Positions 1 through 9,094 of a DNA stretch of 45,264 nt are shown one piece after another. A program made the position numbers and the translations under genes. How positions within the stretch are numbered: position 1 is the stretch's first letter; every line of letters starts with the position of its first letter. The notes under the pieces are model-generated. The model was given only the letters and a program-made list of their open reading frames with translations. It did not search any database and was not told where the DNA came from. This stretch comes from Roseiarcus sp. (GTDB lineage Bacteria > Pseudomonadota > Alphaproteobacteria > Rhizobiales > Beijerinckiaceae): assembly GCA_030153205.1 (NCBI GenBank), contig JASLHV010000107.1, positions 1 to 45,264 of the forward strand, given 5' to 3'.

Positions 1-27
1 CCTTCGGCCATTGGACCTGCCGGCAAT

Positions 28-60
28 AAAAAAGAGCGGGTCCCGGCCGGGGCCCACTCT
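28..60 (-). terminator. Rho-independent terminator
   Basis: Minus strand reads AGAGTGGGCCCC-GGCC-GGGACCCGCTCT followed by a T run; lies downstream of the minus-strand gene ending at 192. Confidence 0.75.
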
Positions 61-191
61 CAAGATTCTTCCCGTTTATCAACAGGAAGCTATGAGAAAC
101 CAACTGCGGCTGTATTTATAGCGTCAAGGGCGACTAAGCAAGGGCGCCCAGGATCAAATTTGCCGCCGCCGTAGCAAAAGGTTGGCGCGGA

Positions 192-698
192 TTATTTGGC
201 CTGGGGTTCGGTCAAACCGTTGCGCTTCACGATTTGCTCGCCCGGTCTATCAAAACTCTTACTAAAATCGAGCGGGTCGCCGAGTTGGACCGTTGGCATG
301 CATAGAGGCGTGCAGGAATAGGACTCGCGCAGCATACCGGTTTGAACGATGAGGACCGAATTGGTTTGTTTGACGCGAATCATCTTCTCGTCGAGAACGT
401 TGCCGGCGCCGTCAAGGGCGATAAGGTTGGTCTCGCCAAACCCCTTACCGGTGACCACCATCGTGTTAGAGCCCTTGAGCAATGTAACGTCCGCGACGAT
501 CGGGTTCCCGATAACCAGCGTCTTCGTGCCCTCTGGAACGCGGGCGACTTTCGCTTGATCAAGGGTCACGATTAAGGTCGGCCCCGTGGGCCCGTCTTGG
601 GCGCGGAGCGATCCGATCCCGACAATCGAGGCAAAAACGAGCCCGCTTAGGGCGGCGACCACGTTGAGCGTTTTCGTCAAACTGACAGACGCAGGCAT
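192..698 (-). CDS. Flp/Tad pilus assembly protein with CpaC/RcpA-like N-terminal domain (exported)
   Basis: Signal-peptide-like N-terminus; TLVIGNPIVADV...MVVTGKGFGETNLIALD motif and C-terminal YSCTPLC; start could be 698, 713 or 740. Confidence 0.75.
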   Translation of the reverse strand: MPASVSLTKTLNVVAALSGLVFASIVGIGSLRAQDGPTGPTLIVTLDQAKVARVPEGTKTLVIGNPIVADVTLLKGSNTMVVTGKGFGETNLIALDGAGNVLDEKMIRVKQTNSVLIVQTGMLRESYSCTPLCMPTVQLGDPLDFSKSFDRPGEQIVKRNGLTEPQAK

Positions 699-944
699 AA
701 GCTTCTCCGGCATCAAAGGCCGCTGGTGGAAGCATTTCATCCAAAAATGGTGAAGGAAGGCTGAATCAGCCGACGCAACTCCGCCCCTAGGCGTTAAAAG
801 TTGGCGTTCGAAACCGCTTTCTCGCCCTCCCGCCTCATGAGGCGAGCGCGTTTGGCTTTCATCAACGCAGTTCGGTCACCCTTGCGCCAAGAAGTCGGCT
901 ATGGTCGACCAGCCCGACCTCCATTGCTCATTTGACGTTTTCGC

Positions 945-3900
945 TTGCGCGCCTTCCTGACCATAATCGCCGTTTTCTTGATCGTCGTGCTGACAACAGC
1001 CCTGGTCGGGCCCTATCTCATTGATTGGTCGCAACATCGCGCCGTTCTCGAAGCGCAATTATCGACCGCGCTTGGTCGTCCCGTCTCGGTCCGAGGCCCC
1101 ATCAAAGCGGCGCTGCTACCGACCCCCTATCTCAAACTCGGCGATGTCGCGGTTGGCGGATCGGACGGCGCAGACTTCTCCTCTCGAGCGACCCGATTTG
1201 AGCTGGCGCTTGCCCCGCTTTTGCACGGCGAGATCCGCTTCACGGACGTGTTGTTCGAAGGCGCGCGATTCGAGCTTCAACGCGGCGCAGATGGCGCGAT
1301 CCTGCCGCCGCGTCTCGATTTAAAGATTGCGCCCGATTCGATCGCGCTCGAGACGATCGCCTTTCGTCAAGCGACGATCGTGATCAGCGGCGCGGGCGAC
1401 GCCAAGCCGATAATGATAGATGACCTTTCTCTCGACGCCCAAGCCGAGTCCTTACGCGGTCCTTTTAAGGGAAGCGGGCAGGCGATCGTCGCGGACGGCC
1501 AACCCATCGCTTTCCATTTTGCGACCGGCGCCGCCCAAGGAGAGGTTTTCCCGATTAAGCTTTCCGCAAATCTCGACGCGGAAGCCGCCCGCGTCGAGCT
1601 CGACGGCTCCTTCTCTCTCGACGCCGCAAGTTTCGGTTATTCCGGCCCCGCAACGATCTCCGGCCTTCTCACTGGCGCAACCGACGCCGCCCCGACGCCC
1701 TGGCGCATCTCTGGCGAGGCGGCGGCCAATCTCGACCATGGCTCCCTGCAAAAGCTAGATGCGCGAATCGGCGACGACCAACGCGGACTTTCGTTGCAGG
1801 GTGCTGCCGAAGCGCGTTTCGGTGCTTCGCCGCGTCTGACCGCCGTCCTCAGCGCAAAGGAGGTTAATCTCGATGCGCTGCTGCGCGATAAGGACGCGGA
1901 ATCTGCGCCACCCGAACGCGCCTATCGCGTCCTATCAAACCTCGTGTCGGACGCTTGGCTCCAACACGGGCCGGCGATCCAGATCGCCGTAAAGGTCGAA
2001 GCGCCGACCATCATCCTCGGCGGCGATACGATCACCGACGTTTCGCTGGACGCTGTGGCCACGCCGGGAGCGCCGATCGCCGTGAGCCTTCAGGCCCTCG
2101 CGCCCGGGCGGAGCCAACTCGCCGCGGCGGGCGATATCGAGCTTGGCGCAGCCAGTCATTTCGCGGGGTCGCTGGACGTCCATGTTGATGATGTCGACCG
2201 GCTGCGCGACTGGCTTTCCGAGGGAGACGACGATTTTCGCGCGCGACTAAGCGCCATCAACGCTGTCCTTCCTTACCGGACAGCCTCCTTCGCCGCAAAA
2301 GTCGATCTCTCCAAAACGAGCTTTGTGGCGCGCAATCTCGCCCTCGGCCTCGCGCATTCAACGCTGCAAGGAGATTTGGCCTGGACGCATGCGGTCGGCG
2401 GCGCGCGCGACCGCCTCTACATGGATCTGAAAACGGACGCGCTCGATATTGACGCGCTGCCGAACTTCGCCGCCAGTGGCGATTTCTTGCGCGCGGTCGA
2501 TCTTTCGCTCGGGATCGAGGCTCATGCGCTTCATGTCGCGCGTTTCGGCGAAGGGCCGGTCGAGAGCGGCCTCCTCACTTTGAGGCTGACCAAAACCGGC
2601 GACGATCTCGTGCTTGATCGTCTGGCCATCAGCGACCTCGGCGGCGCGACCATAACCGCAGACGGCGCGCTTTCTCCGGGCGAACGCCGGCTCAATATCG
2701 ATGTCGACGCGCAGAGGTTGCGTGACTTTGCGCTATTGCTCCGGCGTGCCGCGCCGGGCGCTCTCACGCAAGCGCTCGTCGATCGAGCCGGGCCGCTATC
2801 GCCAGCCAAACTGATCGTAACAGCGCGATCGAACGGTCCGCCGAAGGACGACAATCTCCTTGCGCCCGATTCATTGTCCATCAGCGGCCTCGCGGGCGCG
2901 ACGCGCATTGCGATGCAAGTTGATCGCGCCCCGAACGCGGACAATAACCTTATCGCCAATCTTTCTTTCGATGCGCCGGAAGTCTCATCGCTTTTGCGGC
3001 AATTTGGCCTGCAGATCGCGCCCCACACCGGCCTCGGGAACGGTACGATCAGCGCTCGCGCTCAAGGCGACTGGAGCAAAGGTTTCGAAGGCGTGGCGAC
3101 GGCCTCGCTCGCCGGCGCCGATCTCACTTTGCATGGTCGCGCCACCGGCGAGAACGCTGAAGGCGTCGCGACATTGAAGGCCGCCAACCTCACGCCGCTT
3201 CTCGCCGCTTTGGGCATTGCCTCGCCGAACGCTCCTGCGATCAGTCAGACGGATCTTTCGGGCGATTTCAGTTGGCGCGACGGCGAAGCGCTTCTGTCAC
3301 GATTGAAGGGCGTATTCGGCGGTTCGAACGTGAGCGGCGATTTCGCTTATCGGCTGGCGCGGCCAGTCGATGACACCGCGCCTGCGCAAATCCGCGGCGC
3401 GGCCGTTCTCGACCATCTCTCGATCGGCGCGCTCGCAGGCCTCGCCCTGGGCCCGGCTCAACCGGCCAAAGCCGGGCAGATCTGGTCCGATGCGAAATTT
3501 TCCGCCGGACTGGCCAATTCGCCTTCGACAGATATCGCCCTGTCGATCGCGTCTTTCGACATCATGACCGACCTTCCCGCGAGGGATGCGAGCATCCGTT
3601 TGAAAATCGATCCCGACGTCGTCGCCCTTGAAGATATGACTATGCGCGTCGCCGGCGGTTCGCTGAAAGGCCGGGCAAGCCTCAGGCGGGACGGCGCCAA
3701 CGCCGCTCTATCGGGACAAATTTCTTTCGACTCTCTAGCAATCGACAAGGCGGGGCTCAATGCAAAGCTTTCGGGCGCAATCGACTTCGCCGACACCGGA
3801 CAAAGCCCGAATGCGCTGATCGGCGGCCTTGCCGGATCCGGTCACATTCAAACGACAGGCGCGCAATTGCCTCGGCTCGATCCGGACGCCTTGTCCCGCG

Positions 3901-4664
3901 TTGTCGACAAAGCGCAGAGCGATGGGTTCAATGTCGAGAACGTCGACATCAATCGACTGCTGGGAACAGAGATGGATCGCCATCCCATGTTGATCGACGA
4001 CGCCGATACGCCCGTCTCGATCAGCGCGGGCGTATTGCGGAGCGGTCCTCTCGAGGCGCGCCATCCGAGCGGAACAGCGAAAGTCCAAGCGAGCCTCGAT
4101 CTCCGCTCGTTTGCGCTCGACGCCCACGCCGACATCGCCGAAAAGCAGGCGCCGAAATTTTGGAGCGGCGCTCCTCCCGCGATCGGAGTCTCTTTGAAAG
4201 GGCGTTTCGACGCGCTCACGCGCGATATCGATTCAGCAAACCTCGCCAATGGTCTTGAAGCGCAGGCGATCGCGCGTGAGACAGAACGCATTGCCGCATT
4301 CGAGGCCGATATCCGCGAGCGCGCCGCTTTCAATCGCCGCCTGAAGGCCTCTCGCTATATGAGACAGCGCGAGTTGGAGTTAGAGGCGTTCGCCGTGGAT
4401 CAGGCGCGACTCAAATCGGAAGCTGATCGGCGCCGCGTCGAAGAAGCGGTGATCAAAGCGAACGACGAAGCGCGAGCTGAAGAGGAGCGCGAGGAAGAGC
4501 AAACGCGTAAAGCGGAGGACGAGGCGCGTAAGGTGAACGCCCAGCCAGTCACGCCGCCCATGCCGCCGCCGCTCCCCGCGCCGACCGATCTTGCCCCGAC
4601 GGCGTCGCAGCCGCCGCCGAAGCCGCAACGCGCGCTCGATCCGGCGACAAACGGAATCTATTGA
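945..4664 (+). CDS. AsmA family protein
   Basis: N-terminal TM anchor ...ALVGPYLIDW, LLPTP motif, 1239-aa beta-rich body, charged coiled coil and Pro-rich tail. Confidence 0.85.
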   Translation: MRAFLTIIAVFLIVVLTTALVGPYLIDWSQHRAVLEAQLSTALGRPVSVRGPIKAALLPTPYLKLGDVAVGGSDGADFSSRATRFELALAPLLHGEIRFTDVLFEGARFELQRGADGAILPPRLDLKIAPDSIALETIAFRQATIVISGAGDAKPIMIDDLSLDAQAESLRGPFKGSGQAIVADGQPIAFHFATGAAQGEVFPIKLSANLDAEAARVELDGSFSLDAASFGYSGPATISGLLTGATDAAPTPWRISGEAAANLDHGSLQKLDARIGDDQRGLSLQGAAEARFGASPRLTAVLSAKEVNLDALLRDKDAESAPPERAYRVLSNLVSDAWLQHGPAIQIAVKVEAPTIILGGDTITDVSLDAVATPGAPIAVSLQALAPGRSQLAAAGDIELGAASHFAGSLDVHVDDVDRLRDWLSEGDDDFRARLSAINAVLPYRTASFAAKVDLSKTSFVARNLALGLAHSTLQGDLAWTHAVGGARDRLYMDLKTDALDIDALPNFAASGDFLRAVDLSLGIEAHALHVARFGEGPVESGLLTLRLTKTGDDLVLDRLAISDLGGATITADGALSPGERRLNIDVDAQRLRDFALLLRRAAPGALTQALVDRAGPLSPAKLIVTARSNGPPKDDNLLAPDSLSISGLAGATRIAMQVDRAPNADNNLIANLSFDAPEVSSLLRQFGLQIAPHTGLGNGTISARAQGDWSKGFEGVATASLAGADLTLHGRATGENAEGVATLKAANLTPLLAALGIASPNAPAISQTDLSGDFSWRDGEALLSRLKGVFGGSNVSGDFAYRLARPVDDTAPAQIRGAAVLDHLSIGALAGLALGPAQPAKAGQIWSDAKFSAGLANSPSTDIALSIASFDIMTDLPARDASIRLKIDPDVVALEDMTMRVAGGSLKGRASLRRDGANAALSGQISFDSLAIDKAGLNAKLSGAIDFADTGQSPNALIGGLAGSGHIQTTGAQLPRLDPDALSRVVDKAQSDGFNVENVDINRLLGTEMDRHPMLIDDADTPVSISAGVLRSGPLEARHPSGTAKVQASLDLRSFALDAHADIAEKQAPKFWSGAPPAIGVSLKGRFDALTRDIDSANLANGLEAQAIARETERIAAFEADIRERAAFNRRLKASRYMRQRELELEAFAVDQARLKSEADRRRVEEAVIKANDEARAEEEREEEQTRKAEDEARKVNAQPVTPPMPPPLPAPTDLAPTASQPPPKPQRALDPATNGIY

Positions 4665-4921
4665 CGGGCGATAAGCGCCTCGAGAACAAAAACCCGAATC
4701 GCTGATGAAAGATTGGCGCCTTGGCGTCCCGCGTCGATTTCGGCGACAAGCGCAGCGATCGATAGGTCGCGGCGCTCAGCCATTGATTTCAATTCGCGCC
4801 AAAAGGTTTCCTCGAGCGACACGCTGGTGCGATGTCCCGCGATGGCGATTGAGCGTTTGAGAATTTTCGCGCCGGCCGACGACGAAGGGTAAGAGATGGG
4901 CAACGCGTCTTCATTCGCCAT
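4658..4921 (-). CDS. Ribbon-helix-helix domain protein (RHH_4 type)
   Basis: KRSIAIAGHRTSVSLEETFW...NLSSAIRVFVL signature. Confidence 0.85.
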   Translation of the reverse strand: MANEDALPISYPSSSAGAKILKRSIAIAGHRTSVSLEETFWRELKSMAERRDLSIAALVAEIDAGRQGANLSSAIRVFVLEALIARQ

Positions 4922-5105
4922 CGCTTGGCGGCGTCTGAAGGCGATGAGAATCGAGCCTGCGCTCGGCTATGACGCGTTCTGCTTTCGCCGCACGGTTTTC
5001 CCCTTTACTGCGGCCATAGGCGAGACGATTGGCCGCTGCCTCCCCTTCAGCAACGGCCGCCGCCCGCTTCTTACGCGCGCGCCGCAAGTTCACGATCTCG
5101 CCCAT
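4911..5105 (-). CDS. DUF4169 family small protein
   Basis: MGEIVNLRRARK...AAANRLAYGRSK motif; usual neighbour of the RHH gene; ATG at 5105. Confidence 0.85.
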   Translation of the reverse strand: MGEIVNLRRARKKRAAAVAEGEAAANRLAYGRSKGENRAAKAERVIAERRLDSHRLQTPPSDGE

Positions 5106-5112
5106 TGACAGT

Positions 5113-5691
5113 CTATTTCTTGCGGAAGGCGTCGATCGACACGACCTTCGCAGCCTCGCCGGTTTCCGGCGTCTTTGGCGCATCCGCGTTCTTCGTTTTG
5201 GCGGCGGCTGGCGCGGTCGTCGGCTTTACCGGCGCAGGCAAAGGCGCCGGAGACTTCGTGGCGCTCGTCGGCTCCGATTTTTCAAGCGACGGCAGCGGCT
5301 CAGGGATAGCCATCGACGGATGACCGGCGGCTTGCTCACGCGGCTCCAACTTAAATCCAAACGGCACCGAAGGGTCGTTGAAGCCGACGATAGCGTCGAA
5401 AGGTATCTTCAATCGCTCCGGCTTTCGCGAGAAATTGAGGCTGACTTCGAATCCGTCCGCGTCTACCGCCAGGTCCCAAAATTCATGCTGCAGAATAATC
5501 GTCATTTCGTCGGGATACTTCTGCCGCATCGCAGCCGGCACGACGACGCCGCCTGCTTGGGTCTTGAAAGTGATGTTGAAATGATGCTCACCCGGCAACC
5601 CATTGCGCGCGGCGTCAGTCAAGACGCGACGTACAACAAAGCGCAAGGCGTCTTGCACCAAAAGGTCATAGCGAATCAGATCAGTCGGCAT
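5113..5691 (-). CDS. sspB: ClpXP protease specificity-enhancing factor SspB (alphaproteobacterial type)
   Basis: DLIRYDLLVQDALR, LPGEHHFNITFKT, YPDEMTIILQHEFWDL and C-terminal ClpX-binding VVSIDAFRKK; adjacent to ssrA. Confidence 0.92.
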   Translation of the reverse strand: MPTDLIRYDLLVQDALRFVVRRVLTDAARNGLPGEHHFNITFKTQAGGVVVPAAMRQKYPDEMTIILQHEFWDLAVDADGFEVSLNFSRKPERLKIPFDAIVGFNDPSVPFGFKLEPREQAAGHPSMAIPEPLPSLEKSEPTSATKSPAPLPAPVKPTTAPAAAKTKNADAPKTPETGEAAKVVSIDAFRKK

Positions 5692-5759
5692 TGGCTCTTC
5701 GCGTTGCGCTTGATGAAAAACTATCGAACTGAAGGAGCCCTTGCAACGCGGATAAAGAA

Positions 5760-6080
5760 TAAGCGGAGGCTTCTGTTGCCAGGCGCCTCCTGACCCCGCC
5801 TAAAGGTGCGACCCCTTAGGACTTGATTTCCAGTACCGTCACCGCATTACGCAGCGAGGGCCACCGGGGCATAGTTGTCATTAGCAACTATAGGTTTGAC
5901 CCGATAACGGTGGTATCATGCCGGGCAAAAGAGCACCCTTTACACCCTCGTCGATCCTATTTCGCCCCCGCCGAAACCCGCCACGTTCTGCGGGCTTTGG
6001 TGGAGGCGCCGGGTACCGCCCCCGGGTCCGAAAGGCTTATTCCGATGTCCGTTTATCGCCATAGTCGCCTTGCGACGACC
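5760..6080 (-). ncRNA. ssrA: Two-piece (circularly permuted) tmRNA; tag peptide ANDNYAPVALAA
   Basis: Acceptor piece ends ...GGTACCCGGCGCCTCCACCA at 5998; intervening hairpin 5970-5997; coding piece starts GGGGGCGAAATAGGATCGAC at 5969; tag ORF 5885-5847; outer ends approximate. Confidence 0.95.
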
Positions 6081-6086
6081 ATCGAC

Positions 6087-6115
6087 ATATAGGCCCTCTC
6101 ACCGGGTCTTGGAAG
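6087..6115 (-). promoter_or_regulatory. Putative sigma70 promoter of ssrA
   Basis: CTTCCA-N17-CTATAT on the minus strand, close to the alphaproteobacterial CTTGAC-N17-CTATAT consensus. Confidence 0.55.
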
Positions 6116-6266
6116 TCCCCCGGCTTACATATCCGCTGTCTCATTGCGTCAAACCAGCCTGATTGGTTTAACGCAACGCGACCCAGGCGCTTGTCGCTGC
6201 CTGGGTCGCTTAGTCCGGTGAGCGCCAACGGAGGATTCTTCTCCGCTTTTCCAGCCTCTGATGGCC

Positions 6267-7505
6267 TTAGTGCTCTTTCTTCTCTTCCGGCTTGCCCGCG
6301 GGGTGCTGCGCTGGCGGGGCCATATGTTGCGCCGGAGGCGCCATGTGCTGTTGCGCGGCGGGCTGCGGCGCCTCGACCTTCGGCGCAGGCTTTTCCATCG
6401 GCTTCATGGCTTCCGGTTTCCTCTCTTCGATCGTCGGCCTCTTCTCTTCGATCGCAGGTTTCTTTTCGTCAAAAGCCGGCTTCTTTTCTTCGTTTAGGGG
6501 CTTCTTCTCCTCGAACGCCGGCTTTTTGTCCTCAACGCCAGGCCTCTTATCCTCGACGCGTGGTTTCTTCTCGTCGAAGCCCGGTTTCTTGTCCTCGAAG
6601 GCGGGCTTGTTTTCATCAAATCCCGGTTTCTTCATTTCCTGCGCGGGCTTCTCGGCATTCGACCCGGGCGCGTTGCCGTTTGGCCTATTGTCGAGCTCCG
6701 GCTTCTTTTCCTCATTCGGATGATTGTCGGCGGGTGTTGCGTTCTGGCCTTGCTCTTTGGCCGGCGCCACGCCCGGTCCCGTCAGGTGTCCAGCGTGCTG
6801 CACCGCCGCCACCGGAGGCTTGCCTTTATTCTGCTTCTCGAAGAGCTCCGGATCTTTCCTCGCAACCTCGACGTGCTGGCGCTGGACCGTGGTCGGCGCA
6901 AAATGAGTCTCTTTAGCAAAAGTCTTCTGTTCAGCGGTCGGCCTCGCGTCAGTACCGCCTTTGCCGCCATTGAAGCTGATGTTGTTGACGGTGTTGTTCA
7001 CCACGATGTTCTTTTCGTAAACATTCGTGATTCTGGCGCCGCCGATATTGTTTACGCTGCGATTGTAGAAGAATGCCCCGTGGTCCCAATGACCGCCCTC
7101 GTAACCCTCGCCGGTGTAGCCGTAACCGTACGAGACGCCGCCATAGAAGCCGACATGCGGACCCCAATAGCCGCGATGAAATAAATAAGAGCCGCCGACC
7201 CAAGCCCAATAACCTGGAGTCCATAAGAGACCTGGCTTCGGAGGCTCAACCCAGGCGCCGGGCACCCAATAATAATCTCCTTCGTCCGCATCCCATGACC
7301 AATTGCCGGGCGTCCACATGTACCCTGGTGCAGGAATCGGCGGCTGGTCGTACGTAGGCAAAGGAGGCGGCGCGGTGTCGACGGTCTCGGGCGGCGCGCA
7401 AGCGACTTCCTGCGCAAAGGCGGGCGCCGCGGAAAAGGACGACGCGACAACAAAGGCCGCGATGAAAACGCCTCGAACAAGCGTTGAAGAAGAATCTATC
7501 GCCAT
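6267..7505 (-). CDS. Exported YXWGXW-repeat protein with low-complexity charged tail
   Basis: Signal peptide ending PAFA; APPPLP motif; repeated YMWTPGNW/YYWVPGAW/LLWTPGYW/YLFHRGYW; ATG at 7505. Confidence 0.85.
   Translation of the reverse strand: MAIDSSSTLVRGVFIAAFVVASSFSAAPAFAQEVACAPPETVDTAPPPLPTYDQPPIPAPGYMWTPGNWSWDADEGDYYWVPGAWVEPPKPGLLWTPGYWAWVGGSYLFHRGYWGPHVGFYGGVSYGYGYTGEGYEGGHWDHGAFFYNRSVNNIGGARITNVYEKNIVVNNTVNNISFNGGKGGTDARPTAEQKTFAKETHFAPTTVQRQHVEVARKDPELFEKQNKGKPPVAAVQHAGHLTGPGVAPAKEQGQNATPADNHPNEEKKPELDNRPNGNAPGSNAEKPAQEMKKPGFDENKPAFEDKKPGFDEKKPRVEDKRPGVEDKKPAFEEKKPLNEEKKPAFDEKKPAIEEKRPTIEERKPEAMKPMEKPAPKVEAPQPAAQQHMAPPAQHMAPPAQHPAGKPEEKKEH
6413..6632 (-). repeat. About 10 degenerate 21-bp coding tandem repeats (heptad K-K/R-P-x-x-D/E-D/E)
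   Basis: KKPGFDE NKPAFED KKPGFDE KKPRVED KRPGVED KKPAFEE KKPLNEE KKPAFDE KKPAIEE KRPTIEE. Confidence 0.9.
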
Positions 7506-7979
7506 GCTTAGTTTCCCTTTGTTAGCGCCAGTCGGCGCGTGGGGTTGGGATGAATCGAAATCGAATCCACCCGACGCTCGGCCTGCCACATGAGCAGAAT
7601 TTCGTAGTGACCGTTCTCGCCAAAGCTCGGGCTTGCAATCTCTTGCCGTTAATCGAAGGCCTAGAAGCCCTACGTCGAATGAACAGCGCGTGAATAGCGA
7701 GGCCGGGATTTGCAATCGAACCGCGAAAGCCAAAAGCCGCCATCAATCGTGGCCAAATATTGTCGTACTTTTGAAAAAAGGCGGCTCGACCATGGCGACA
7801 ATGGAGCATTGAACAATTGTTAAGATTCTCCGGCCCGGCCGGGCCAGCAGTTCCGAAAACGGATTCGCGCGCGGTGTCCCTATAACGATCTGATCGACGC
7901 TATGATCCGTTGAACCTCGAACGAGCGACAGACGGTAGTTTCGCTGCTAGGGTCCGGCGCTACTTGATTTGGAGGGAGC

Positions 7980-9092
7980 ATGGGGGGCGAGCGGAAGACG
8001 CGGCCGGGAGGACCTCTCGCGGGCGTCAGAATCATTGAATTCGCGAGCATCGGTCCTGGCCCCTTCGCCGCAATGCTGCTGGCGGATATGGGCGCCGAGA
8101 TCATCGCGATCGAGCGTCCGGGACCCTCACATTTTCCGCGTGGCCCAGTCCTTTCTCGCAGTCGATCCTTTATCCTCGCGGATTTGAAGGACCCTGCGCG
8201 TCGCGACGATATCCTCGATCTGATCGAGAGCGCCGATGCGTTGATCGAAGGGTTCCGACCAGGCGTGATGGAGCGTCTGGGTCTTGGACCCGAGGCGGCG
8301 TTGCGCCGCAACCCAAAGCTCGTTTATGGCCGCATGACAGGTTGGGGCCAGGACGGGCCGCTCGCCCCGAGCGCTGGACACGACATCAACTACATCGCGG
8401 TTACCGGCGCCCTCTCGGCCATTGGCGGCGCCAACGAGCCGATCGCCCCGCTCAATCTTCTCGGCGACTTCGGCGGCGGCGCGCTTTATCTGGTCGCCGG
8501 CTTGCTCGCCGCCATCATATCAGCACGGCGGACCGGCGAAGGACAGATCGTCGATTGCGCGATCTGCGACGGGACCGCTTCGTTAATGGCGATGTACGCG
8601 GAAATGAGCGCCATGGGACTTTGGCGTGAAGGACGCCGGTCCAACCTGCTGGACGGCGGCGCGCCTTTTTATCGTACGTTCGAATGCGCGGACGGCGAGC
8701 ACATTGCGATCGGCGCCTTGGAGCCGCAATTCTACCGCCGCCTCTGCGAATTGGCTGGGCTTGACGATCCGCTCTACCGAGAGCGGGACGATCGGACTAA
8801 CTGGCCAGCGCTGCACGAAAAGATGGAGGCCGCATTCAGGGCGAAGACGCGGGATGAATGGCGGTCGATTCTCGAAGGTACGGATGCCTGTTTTGCGCCC
8901 GTGCTCTCCATGTCGGAAGCGGCTCTCCATCCGCATATGGCGGCGCGGGAGGCTTTCGTCGAAATTGAAGGCGTGACCCAACCGGCGCCTGCGCCGCGAT
9001 TTTCGCGGACGCCCGCGGCGATCCGAACTGTCGAGAACGGGCCTCAATCGCTCGCCGAAGCGATCGCCGCGTGGCGTCCGGCCCGAGATTGA
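7980..9092 (+). CDS. CaiB/BaiF family III CoA-transferase / alpha-methylacyl-CoA racemase
   Basis: GPGPFAAMLLADMGA, EGFRPGVMERLGLGP, GHDINY, NLLGDFGGG, NLLDGGAPFY; RBS GGAGG. Confidence 0.92.
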   Translation: MGGERKTRPGGPLAGVRIIEFASIGPGPFAAMLLADMGAEIIAIERPGPSHFPRGPVLSRSRSFILADLKDPARRDDILDLIESADALIEGFRPGVMERLGLGPEAALRRNPKLVYGRMTGWGQDGPLAPSAGHDINYIAVTGALSAIGGANEPIAPLNLLGDFGGGALYLVAGLLAAIISARRTGEGQIVDCAICDGTASLMAMYAEMSAMGLWREGRRSNLLDGGAPFYRTFECADGEHIAIGALEPQFYRRLCELAGLDDPLYRERDDRTNWPALHEKMEAAFRAKTRDEWRSILEGTDACFAPVLSMSEAALHPHMAAREAFVEIEGVTQPAPAPRFSRTPAAIRTVENGPQSLAEAIAAWRPARD

Positions 9093-9094
9093 TG

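Noticed and set aside
5823..6092. 89-aa plus-strand ORF
   Set aside because: Antisense to tmRNA
6413..6632. Periodic repeats as a possible CRISPR array
   Set aside because: Degenerate in-frame coding repeats with no unique spacers and no cas genes
7506..7733. N-terminal extensions in the ORF track (also 19864-20196, 13036-13095, 37005-37094)
   Set aside because: Better starts lie downstream, supported by family-typical N-termini and in some cases an RBS
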